Shown here in pieces: positions 52,500 to 64,000 of a stretch of 64,000 nt of DNA (within the stretch, counting starts at the first letter, position 1; every line of letters starts with the position of its first letter). The notes under the pieces were generated by a model. The model had not been told where the DNA came from. It made no database searches and was given only the letters and a program-made list of their open reading frames with translations. Origin of the DNA: Nageia nagi (Eukaryota; Plantae; Pinophyta); NCBI GenBank assembly GCA_050084985.1, contig JBITNC010000002.1, forward strand, positions 3,472,001-3,536,000, read 5' to 3'. The translations under genes and the position numbers were made by a program.

Positions 52500-55400
52500 A
52501 TAATTTAGCATAGCATAAGCAATGCATATTGCAATTAGGCATACGTTTCCCTTATATTATCCATTTGGTTATGGATTGGGGTGCTTACTAAGCATTTGAG
52601 CTAGGGATTTGCACCCATTAGTTTGCTTCCAAGGTTGTAAGGACTTGTAGGTGGGAGTTTCCCTTTAATATTATTTATTTTTTAAGGTTATTCTTGGATA
52701 TACAAGCAAAGAAACATCCAACAATAAAATAAACTCTAGCATTGTAACATGTAATGTATCTTTAGGTCTTGTTCTATTGTAGCAAGATTATGGGGGTGCA
52801 TAAAGTGGCGATCATGGTGGTACCCCTTGGTCCTTGAAGAATCAATATTTGGAGTAGTTTTATTAACCTTTTCTATATTTTGGTATTTTAGATTTTGTCC
52901 CTTCTATTTTTTTATTTATTTCATGTTCGAGTGATGATTTCTATTGTATTTTGTAGAGAATCAAACCTAGAGGTCTAAACATCTCAATCATTATCATTTT
53001 CTAATTGTCTTTCATTAGACTAATTAACTCTACAAATTAGTCTCCTAATAGTCAATCGATCCTTTGCATGCCAATCAACTTTGTCAATTAGTTTTATACC
53101 AACCAATTACCTCTATTTTTCTTATTTGCAAAGTTTTAAGGTGAGATCTAGCATAAATTTTATAAATAAATTTGAGTTTATGATAGGTGAAAAAAGGCCT
53201 CTCATATTTTCCTGTACACATTTTGATCCTTGTCATGGGATCCCTAATTTTAGAATTTTCTTCATATATTTCAAATTTTTCTTTGGATGCCATTATGACT
53301 AGTTGGATGTTTGTTTAATCATCCAATCAGTTGGTATCGCTAGTCATCCTTATGTTGGCCGGTTAGGATCAAATTCTATAAAAATACATTTGGTTCCATA
53401 AAAAACCTCTTGGATAGGAGTTGGAGCTAGAGATATAGTTCAATATTATTATTCCTTGTGTTTCTCTAGCTTAAAGTTGTGTGTTATGTGTATTTATAGG
53501 ATTTTTGTACTTTCACTAGTAAAAAATCATCAAATCTTGGGTGGGAGTACCTCACATCATTATAAAGGGTTTAGAATTGCATCTATAGAGTTACTTTATC
53601 ATTTTATTTTTTAACATTGCATCTTAATCACATTAGCCTAGGCTTTAATCAGGATACATGGAACTCATCCCCACAGTATCACCCATACTTATAGTTCATT
53701 ACCAAGGTGGGATTATCCCCTCTTTAAATGATCCACACCCCTAGAGATCAAGCCTTACCCAAAAGTACTTATCTAGATACATTTCTAGGAAAACTAACAA
53801 GAGTAAAATTGATTAGAAAAGCAATCATCTTTAATCAATACTAAAATGTAATCAAACAAAAAGCAACTAGAGAAAGATAAGAACCATTTCTATCATCATC
53901 ACCATTGTGCTTTTGAGTATGTAGGATTGATTTATTCTCATTCAAATTTTAGGTTATTTATTGTTAATATTTTCATCTACTAAACAAAAGCATAACACTT
54001 TTAGACTTAGTATTTATTTACTTACTTTGTTTGGCATTTTGAACTCTTATATTTATCTATCAAAATTTTGTTCTTTTCTTTAATACCTTTCTTTTCAAAG
54101 CTCATATCTCCTATATGGTTTAATAGGGTACCATATGTGAATATGGTAACCATACCTAGATCTAAGCAATAAGAGAAAGAGAAATATAAATAACAATATC
54201 ATCCCCTTACATCTAGACCAACCACTCCATAATCTCATTCTTCTTCAACACCATCTCATCATTTTACTAAAACTCAAGAGATCATCAATATACCAATGAT
54301 ATCAAATTTTATGTGGTATTTCAAAATATTCATCAAGATGTTAGGAACAAATTTGTGGATGAACCAATGGTTTAAGAATATTTGGATATGCTTTTTGAAT
54401 AATTTCATCTTCAATAATATCAAATTCAAAGCATGCCACCAACTTCTCAACCTCAAAATGAGATTCATCACTTTGATCCATCATATCATGATCCATATGA
54501 AGTTTTATTGTAAAAAATTAAATATTCACATGAACATTAATTCAAAAATATAGAAACGAATCAAATACACCAACAAAATCTCTTTATTCAATATTCTTCA
54601 ACTTGCTACACACCTAACAAAGTTTGAGATCTCCATAATAGATCTTATAGCCACATTGGAATTTGCCTAAAAAGTGAGAAAGAAAAATAATATGCACATC
54701 ACAGATGAAATAGATCATCCAAGGAAATGAACTAAGGAGAAAAATCCTTCATTTCCTCAAAAAATAAGAAATAAAATGACATCAATGAAACATAATAGTA
54801 TTTATGTCATCTACCCAAGAACATGCCAGTGTTCATGCTTGCACTTTTAAACATGTTTAAAACTCATAGAACCTTAAACATGCCCACATTTCACATGTAG
54901 CCTTGCATTTCTAAAACATGCATGTACTTCCCAAATGTCATGGTGTTTCATCTGTAGACTTGCATTTCAATAGTAAGTTCAAAGGAAAATATCTTTGATT
55001 TTGAATTTCTAAAATTATCCCCTTATTCTAAGAAGACACACTCATGAAACTCTTAGCTTCAAAAATTTAGCCTTGGAAACATATTTTGTGAATACATCCT
55101 CCAATTGATCTCTATTGCTATAATACCTTAACCAATTTACTTCTTCTCCACCATATCTTGAATGAAATGGTACTTGAAATCAAAGTATTTGGAACTATTA
55201 TGATGGATTGAATTTGTTTCCAAGTGAATGACACTAATATTGTCATAAAAATTAAAGTGGTTCCACTTTGCTTCTCACCTATCTCCTTAAGAACCTTTTA
55301 AATCCATAATGCTAGTGCTCCTATTGATGTTAATGAAATATACTCAACAATAGTTGATGATAATGTCATTGATCCTTACTTCCTTTAGCTCCAAGTGATC

Positions 55401-58400
55401 AATTTTGAACCCATTATGAAATAATTTCCACTTGTAGACTTCCTATTGTAAGCACCTCAAAATTGCCCTTTCGTCTCCAATCATTCTATGCCTTGGCACT
55501 TTCACCTCATCTCTTCTTCATGGTCATTGTTAACTTTATGAGTTAGGTTTAGGACTAACCCATTGGCTACCTGACCAACCTACCAATTAGTCAACTAACT
55601 CATCAGTCTTATGTATAGCCTATAAAGCCAATTTTGAAATCCACTTTTGCTCTTAATCACTGTAGCTCCTCTTGATCTCATTCAGAAAAATATTAGAGCA
55701 TATCCATAAGCCATAGCATACCTAACATACCCTTTGACATATTTTGAGCATTCTTGTAGGTGTTAGATAGCATATGGAGCTATCTTGAATCAATGGAACA
55801 CTTATTTATTGCATTTATATGAATTTGTGTGAGCATGTAGCATGTTTCTAGGCTATATACATAGTAGTTTAGCTTGATTTATCATCTTATCATTGTCTTA
55901 GCATAGCATGAGCATATCATATTGCATTGTAGGTATTTTCTTATTTTATATCATCCATTTGATTATGGGATAGGGGGCTTATGTTCCATCAAGAATGTTT
56001 AACACATCTCTTTTAGTACACTCAAGGGCCTTAAGGGACTAGAGTGTTGAGGCCCCCACTAATATTTTTCTTCGTACAAGTATAACACATCAGCCCCCAT
56101 CATCCCTTGTAGTAGATAAACTCTCCCCTAGTATTGGTGTTGCAACCTTGTTCCTCATCATCCCTCCTCACATGGAGAGGACCAACTATTTTGGGTGCAT
56201 CGCAAGATGGCAATCACAATGGTTCCTCCCTTGGTCCATTAAGCTCAACTTGGATGAGTTTTCTAAACCTTTTCTTTATTTTGGGTGTTATTATTTTTAT
56301 CCTTTCTCTCATATTTTTTTATCATTTCTCATAATTAAAATGTGTTGATTCTTTCTAGAAATCATCTTCTAGCTTAGGTGAATCAGATTTTGGAGGTTTA
56401 GAGTCTCCATTTCTAGTTAATTACCATTTGGTTTCATGTAGACCAACTTGCATACCTAGCCAATCTTTAGCAAACTAGTTAGCTCATCAATCATTTCTCA
56501 TCCTACCAGTTAGCATTTCAATGATCATTTTTATCTAAATCTTCTAGTTAATATTCACTCCATCATCCCCCAATTGTTAGCTAGTCCTTAGCATATCACT
56601 CTATCTATTATTCAAGCCTGAGGGTATTTGTTGGTCCTATCTTATGTTTTGATTCTATTAGCTAGGGTTAAATTTGTTTTCATTATCTTATGTCTACTTT
56701 CAACCCTATAACTAGATGGCAGCAATACATTACTAGTATTTTGAATTTGGGTTGTAATAATGTTATTTTATTTTTGGCATTTTATATTATTTTTTTAAAT
56801 CTTTGGGTACCATTGTGATCGGTTGATCATTTGTTTGATCGAACCATCGGTTGGTACTGCTAACTAGTTTGTAGTATCCCAATTAGGATCAGAGCATGTA
56901 AAATAGGTATTTTACATTATGGGAGCTTAGATTGGGAGCCTCCATGCTTGTATCTTACTTTTTGCATTCTTTATCATAGGTCTTGTTTGTTTATTTGCAT
57001 CCTAGTATTGCTTGTCTTGTTTATTTTCACTTGCATTAGTGTTAATTTCATCCTTGGATGGGAGTGCCTTATCATATCTTGTGAAGGGTGTAATTTCATA
57101 ATTTGCATCCATTTAGTTGCACATCATTGGTCAATTAATTCTGCATTTTTAATCACATTTGATCTTAGGTTTTCTTTTAGATATCAAGTCTTCACCCTTA
57201 AACACTTGACTAGGTCAAGCCTTAAGCAAAATTAATCAAGAGATTAATTTACCATAAATTAAATTATCATTAATCGAGATAATAATCAAATTGAACAAGA
57301 AGTAATTATATGAAGATAAATCATCATTTCTATCTTAATCATCATAATCATATAGGCATTGCTATCTTATAATATAGGGTGTTAGTGCATTAGTTTTGCA
57401 TTTAAAAAAATCTCTAGGCTCGATGTTTATTTGCTTACCATCATTTGGTACCTTTGGGATATTTAGATTAGCAATGATGTTGTTCTTTCCTTTTTCTTAT
57501 TTCTTGTTAAATTTGTTTAATCCTTGGAAATTTGATAAGGAGCCTAATGTGAACATGGTAGCTACCATATATCTAATCAACTAGAGCAAAATCAAGAGCA
57601 AGAGCTAGATCTAGAGCCACCTTATCAGTCTATTCCTTCTAAGAAAACCATCCCTTCCTCTCATCATTCTAACCCTTCTTCCCCTCAAGCCACTATGCTT
57701 CTTGGTCCCTAATTAGCTATTAATATTAAGTCTCATCCTTTATTTAAAAATCTTCCTCAGTCTATCAAGAATTAGTTTATTGATAATCCCATTGTTCAAG
57801 AGACTTTGGCATCTCTCTTTCAATAATTTCTCCTTCAGCATCATTTTGATCCAGCAATGACCATTTCTTCTCATCCTCAAAATGTGGTTCATCATCATGG
57901 TCCTTTGCATTTTGATCCTTAACCATCCTTTTTCAGCACCTCACCTCTTGTTGCAATAACTCTAATCACATCTTAACCTTTATAACAAATAGCCTCTCCA
58001 TTAGCCCTAATTGCATCCATTCCATCAAGCATTCCTCTTCTTTCATCAAGTGCACAACATGTCATCCCTCATCATGGATCATCATCTCATCATCATGCTC
58101 AACATGTTAGGCCTCTTAGTTCGCTAAAGCCTCTTATTGTACAATTTAACCCTCTTGTTTCTCATAATCTAGGGCCACATCATAATCTCTCTCCCTTGAG
58201 ATTCCCACATCAAAATAAAAGTAAACCAAATCAAGTTGTCTATGTTGGCCAAATTGACTCTTCCTTTCATCTAAGCCAACATGACCTTAATCAAAATAAA
58301 ATCCAAGGCAACTTTCAACAAGTGGCCTCTCAAGGCATCATTATTCAACCTTATCAAGGTGTGGGCTTTCCTCCTCCTCCTTCTCTTCTTCATCATGTGC

Positions 58401-58500
58401 ATCATCCATCATATCAAATTCAAATTCAAGGACATATCAATCAAATGGGTCAACTACAAGGTCAATTTATCCCCAATTCAATATGGAACCAACCCTTGAG
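52500..58500 (+). mobile_element. Two related long-LTR/leader remnants followed by decayed P/Q/H-rich gag-like starts
   Basis: Patchy similarity between 52505-52600 and 55900-55990, and between ~53540-53570 and ~57055-57090. Low-complexity coding-like tracts follow ~54140 and ~57555. Boundaries unresolved. Confidence 0.4.
55085..55445 (-). mobile_element. Isolated Copia RNase H fragment
   Basis: Minus strand RKSTSGNYF..ITWS, LSSTIVEY, KYFDFKYHFIQD, EDVFTK. Confidence 0.8.
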
Positions 58501-60239
58501 GTAAATTTTGCTAAGTTCACACCTTGGGTCGATTCCTTGAAGGTTTTGATGAAATAATGATCACCAAAGGTTGTAAATACCCTTGACCCAACCATGAACT
58601 AATCCCTTAATTATTTTAGTTAGATCTAAGAGGATGTTGGCAAGAGTCATATGGAGGCAATATTGATAGAGGCTTCGACTCAACCAAAAGGAAAAGAGAC
58701 CAAGTGTTAAGGTTAGATTCGAAAGGTAATCGATGTTGAAATCAAGCATAAGATATTAACAACCGTTAAGACTTGATCTATGGTAATATGGGTCAGAAGG
58801 AAGAATTTATCATCAATGATAAAAAAATTAGAGTTTATTGTTAACCCCATCTATCCAACTAAGTAAATTTCTAATCAAGTATACAAGTCAAACCCATCAA
58901 AGTGATGATGAAAAAATCAAGACAAATTATTATCATTATCTCATATCCAACCAAATATGTATTCTTAAGTGTTAGAGGTTAGAAGTATGAAGTGATTAAT
59001 AATAAGGAAAAAAGTGAGAGCCTTAGTTAACAATTCTCTCAATCCAACCTACAAGGAAAATTAAATCAAGTATTTGAAGGTCGAAATGGCAAGATCAATG
59101 ATAATTAAAATGTTTCAATTATCATTCAACCTATCGATCTGACTTAAGCAAAGATGAGTACATCAAATATAGGGTCAAATCGATGAGATCAATGATAACA
59201 AAAATTAATTAACCCTCTTATACCCAACCATGAGGAGATGTTGGTTAGGTCATGATATTGAAAACTTTAATGGCTTAATGATTAAGGTCATGTTATTGGT
59301 GAAAGACAACTTAATATAGATCCTAAGAAGGTAATTTCATTATTGAGTGACCTAGACCCAAGAATGTGACTGAGACTCAAAGCTTCTTAGGGGTTGTTTA
59401 ATACTTGAGGAAATTTATTTATGAGTTTTCTAGCATTACTTATCCAGTATATGATGTTACCAATAAGAGGTCAATTTTGTAGTAGGATAAGAAGTAATAG
59501 TTATCTTTTGACTCTTTGAAGCAAAAGATCATAAATGCACCTATGTTTGCACTTCTAAATTTTTTTTAATCATTTGAAATCAATACTAACGCAAGTGAGT
59601 ATGCCATGGGGGTCATCTTAATGTAAGGAAGTAAATTTGTATCTTATCATTTGGATAAATTTAGAAGAGCTATAATGAATTATCTTACTTACAATAAAGA
59701 ATTATTTCCTCTAGTTCAAGTTGTGAAGAACTATTTTCTCTAGTTCATATTCACCATCAGTCATTACAATATTTACATACTCAATATAAGTTGCTATAAG
59801 CTTGACATTTTTAATGGATGGGATTTCTGCAACAATTCCATCTTATAATAAAATACAAGAAGGGAAGCATAAACAAAATTACATATATGTTATCTAGATC
59901 ACCTCTCAATAATCAACATGTTTCAAGCTTGAGAACTGTTATGAGTTTGAATCCTTTTATTTATGAAGAATATCTAAAAGTGTATTTGTAGGATGTATAC
60001 GTTAAAGAGGTTTATATGAAACTAAAGCAATCACCTATGTGTGTGGAGGATACTAAATTTTATATGAAAGATGAACTTCTATATAAGTTTAATTTTCTTT
60101 ATGTTTTGAAAGGAGAGCGAGTTTAATTAATTTGAGAAGCTTATTCATCTTGTATTGTCAATCATCTTGGTGTGGAAAAGACTTTATCAAATCTTCAAAG
60201 TAATGTATATTAGCCTCAAATACAAGAATAAGTTTCAAA

Positions 60240-61350
60240 TAGTAATACATTTTAGTGATTTTGCATCATACCATACATCATATAATTGCATTTTGATGCC
60301 ATGATGCAAGATGCATCATTATTTGGCATATCTACATCAATATATATATAATCAATTTTTTTATGCATTGGTTGATGCATTGATTAATGTATTGATTGAT
60401 GTATTATTTGATGCATTATTTGTCATATTGATTACGTTAAACAATACATTAGGTTAAACATAGAATAGAAAAAATGTATGGATCATGGCATGATCTGCTA
60501 TTGACCATCAATGCATTCCCTTGATCGACGATCAATTTTTAATGGTGGGTATGATTTCATTAATGAGTGAATGAAGGATATTTCCCTTTATAAGGGAATT
60601 TTTAGTGATGCAGGTCTGTAAGAGCTAAAGACATGTTGAAGAACATAGAGAGTAGCGTGTATTTGTATTTTGTAGTAAGCAAAATGTGCATTGTATGCTT
60701 CATCCCACAAAGTTTGGTAGACACCAAAAAAGTTTGGTAAATGTTCATGAAGTTTTGTGAACACTCATGAAGTTTTTGACTATATGATTGAATTACACAT
60801 CTTCTCATGGAATATGATAAATTCAAGTTACTAAATACATGGCTTTCCTCAACAGGCATTGAAGCTATTTCACCAAATGCAATAAACACTAGTAGTAGTC
60901 CAACCAGATGAATTCACCTTTCCTAGCATTCTCAAAGCATGCACCAAATTGAGATATTTGCAAAAGGGTTTATACATACATCAAAGACTCTTTAAAATCA
61001 GATGTTGTGGTTATGAGTGCCTTGGTAGATATATATGAAAAATGTGAAAGCGTAGAGAAGACACATAAATTGTTTGACAAGATGCATGATGCAAACAAGA
61101 AATCATCCCCTACATTTTGTTATTTTGATGCTATAAATTATGCTTTATACATCTTGTATAGCATTACTTATTTGATGCTCAAAATAATGATATACGATGT
61201 AATGAATGATGTTATAATTGACACATGGATTGATGCTTTGTTTGATAATACCCTTGGCATCAATTAATATCATGATTTATACAAATTTAAAAAAATAAAT
61301 ACTATGGATTGGCACATGGTATAATGCAAAATTGCTAAAATTTAGTAGTG
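60240..61350. mobile_element. Non-autonomous CACTA (Pack-CACTA-like) element, 1111 bp
   Basis: Right end TAGTAGTG (CACTACTA on the minus strand), 35-bp TIRs matching at 28/35 positions, 3-bp TSD AAA (60237-60239, 61351-61353), subterminal TGATGC-type repeats. Excision restores the host integrase frame. Confidence 0.85.
60710..61095 (+). pseudogene. Captured PLS-class pentatricopeptide repeat (PPR) gene fragment
   Basis: Translates as EVFDYM..IFSWNMINSSY*IHGFPQQALKLFHQMQ*..VQPDEFTFPSILKAC..LQKGLYIHQ [frameshift] SDVVVMSALVDIYEKCESVEKTHKLFDKM. These are canonical P/L/S motifs, with two stops and a frameshift. Confidence 0.88.
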
Positions 61351-62862
61351 AAAGTATATCTGAGATTATGTTTTGTGTTGCACTAGCAAGTCAAGTAATC
61401 ATAATTTGGTTTTATATCATTTGCTTCCTATTCCAAATAGACCTTGGGATAGCATTTATATGGACTTTTTGGGAGGATTAACTTTATCCAATAAGTGGAA
61501 TGGTTACTTATTTGTTGTGGTGGATAGGTTTAGTAAGATGTGTATCTTAATTCCATGCAAGAAGATTCTTACTAGATAAGATTAAGTAAACCTTTTCTTT
61601 TTTTAGGTCTTGGTACATTTTGGTTTTCCTACTTCTATTATTTTAGATAGGGATAGTAGATTTTTAAGAAAGTTTTGGACTATCTTATGGGAGAAAATGG
61701 ATACCAAGATGAAGAGGAGTACTATCTTTCATCCTAAAAATGATGGACAGACTGAGGTAGTGAATAGAAAACTAGTATAGTTATTACATAAGTATTTTGG
61801 TATGCATCCTAAAATTTGGGATGAGAATCTTATGTATATCTAATATTCCTATAACAAAGCTATGCATACTTATATTACTACATCTCCATTTGAAGCATGT
61901 TTTGGGTATCTTCCACCATCACCGTTTGACTATATTTTTGGGTAATAAAAATATCTAAATGATTCAATTGTAAAGGAAGCAGATAATTGCAAGAGGTTCA
62001 TTGAGAAGATCCAGTAGGTTCACCTTAAGGTTTAGGAATAACTTAAGACTAGATAATTAAAGTACAAGATGAGACATTATCAGCATCATGTTGATCACAA
62101 GTTTCAAGTTGAGGATCATTTTTGGATTCATCCCAATAAAGAGAAACTATAATAAATAGGTAAGATTAAGTTGAAACCAATTAGATATGTATCATTCAAT
62201 ATTTGGGAGCAATTTAGAGAGAATAACTTCAAGCTAAATTTTCCTACTTATATGAATATCTATTCACTTGTTAATGTGTAGAACTTAAAGTTATTTAAGC
62301 CTTCAATGATGACTAAAGTACAAATTGAGGAAGGTCAGGTATTACCATCTATTGATTACTTAGCTCCTAGTACAATGGATATGTTGAAGGAAGACTCTAT
62401 TTTGTAAAACTAGATTTGAACAACAAGGAGTGAAAAATAAGAAATTTACTTGGTCATGTTGAAGGGATAGTTACCCAGAAAGGTCAAATGGTATGATAAA
62501 GATAAGGTGGGGGAATTATTTCCTAATTTGATTGAAAAATGAGCATTTGTGGGACCAAACACCTACCCATTGGGGAGGTGTGATCCAAAGATCAGATTGT
62601 GAGTGTGGATTTTATTAGAGTTCCTTATGATGAAATTTGATATTTATTTAATGTTCATTTGGTGTTATTTTATATTTTATAATATTAATACAAGTTATTG
62701 ATTACATTTTGAGCATTTTCATGAGTTGTCACATGTTATAAGGTCTATTATGCTCTTTACTGTGATTTGGTTTTTGCTAATGTTATCATATATTATGATC
62801 TGGGGAATGCATCATCACTATGTGACGTATCTTATGTTTATGTCATTTACCTTAAAATGTGG

Positions 62863-63270
62863 TATTCAATGTTAAGGGATTTTCCAAAGTGTGGAATAGG
62901 TGATTCTAATGTCATCAACTTTGTGACATGATATTTAATATTAAAGGATTTATTGGAGTGTAGCATAGATGATGCTAATATCATCAACTTCATGACATGA
63001 TGTTCAATATTAAGGGATTTATCAAAGTGCAACATAGGTGATGCTAATATCATCAACTTTGTAGATTATTTTTTAGTGTTAATGGCTTTATTAAAGTGAG
63101 GTATAGGTGATGTTGATATCATCAACTTTATGGTGCAGTATTTAATTATAAGGGTTTGCTAGAGTGCAGCATAGGTGATGTTGATGTCATCAGCTTCCCA
63201 ACACAGCATCTAGAGGTTTGAGCTTGTTAGAGTGCAATATGTTAGTGCTAACATCATCAATTTATGGTGT
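62863..63270. repeat. 69-bp tandem array (~6 copies) inside the Gypsy 3' LTR
   Basis: CATCA core at 62913, 62982, 63051, 63120, 63188 and 63255. Confidence 0.9.
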
Positions 63271-64000
63271 AATATCATTGATGATTATCTAGGCTTGAAA
63301 AATCATGATACAGTTACATAGGTAAAGACCTAATCATTATTTTTGTATCATGATATTGCATACATGATTTTGAGTGCATCAATAATAAATAGTCCATCAA
63401 GGAAGGAATTTGTATTTGAAGACCCATGTATGCTATAAGCATCTGTTGATTACAGGTCACCTATCGAGATTAGAATATGTTATCACATAAGCATCTATTA
63501 TTCATCTTTCATTATATAGTAGGATAAGCTTATCATATTATTTTTATTTTTTATTATTAGGAAACTAGATTACAAAGGCTAATTCATAGGGAGCATAGCA
63601 TTGACACTACCCATGGTATTCATGCTTCTTAGGCATTTGCACTACTCTGCAAATCTATCCTCTCTACTAAGTCTTGCTCACCAAGGTTCCACCCCAATCA
63701 TAAGTTAGGTTTAAGCATACAAATGATCATCCAGGTAAGGTAATAGGTATTTATCTCTTAATCCATCTCTCATAAGTTGTGAATGTGATCCAATAGTTAA
63801 AGTATCATAATTGTTCATTTATATTTTGAATACTTTAGATTAATGCATATTGTGTATACATAATTATTTCATAGGATATGCAAGTTCATTCCAATATAAA
63901 TCTTTTATATATTAAGTATATGTTTATGCTCAATTAATTACATAAGGTTAATTTTAATCATCTACATGGGTCATAAGATATCTCTATGGGAGTATGAGGG

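Larger units (their letters stand above)
59285..62578 (+). mobile_element. Second copy of the chromovirus-type Gypsy pol; 3' LTR from 62579 towards the window end
   Basis: RT tail, RH NASEYAMG, IN LPIPNRPWDSIYMDFLGGL..LFVVVDRFSKM and FHPKNDGQTEVVNR, chromo-like tail, PPT TGGGGAGG. Colinear with 32580-34790. Confidence 0.88.

Noticed and set aside
58196-58504. Q/P/H-rich 102-aa ORF as a host gene
   Set aside because: Part of a stop-riddled low-complexity tract in CpG-depleted retroelement context; no gene structure.
60887-60900. CACTAGTAGTAGT inside the PPR fragment as a CACTA footprint
   Set aside because: Too short; equally explained by (GTA)n slippage.
61007-61267. 86-aa ORF as a functional PPR gene
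   Set aside because: Only the first ~29 aa are PPR-derived and the rest reads into transposon subterminal repeats. The upstream motifs carry stops and a frameshift.
62847-63056. ORF with a repeated 23-aa peptide
   Set aside because: A by-product of the 69-bp LTR tandem repeat.

Overview
AT-rich, CpG-depleted plant nuclear DNA. The style of the repeats and of a PPR fragment suggests a large-genome gymnosperm, but that is inference. There are only two intact genes, both secreted family-1 pectate lyases (PL1/Pec_lyase_C) on the minus strand, about 28 kb apart: PL-A at 10247-12003 (4 exons, 433 aa) and PL-B at 40013-42146 (4 exons, 409 aa). Both gene models close with GT-AG introns and an uninterrupted frame. 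The rest is mostly nested, decayed transposons: a ~3.7 kb tandem duplication of a Copia/LINE patchwork, two Tat-type Gypsy remnants with archaeal-type RNase H, a solo LTR, a Tork/Tnt1-like Copia with both LTRs but no integrase core, a CRM-like non-autonomous element, a gag-only Copia-like element, and two chromovirus-type Gypsy copies. The best finding is a 1.1 kb Pack-CACTA-like element (60240-61350; terminal inverted repeats, 3-bp target-site duplication) that carries a PLS-class PPR gene fragment and sits inside a Gypsy integrase. The two pectate lyases show reciprocal intron presence/absence and share a TATA-like 10-mer at nearly the same distance from the ATG. I found no convincing wholly new multi-gene system.
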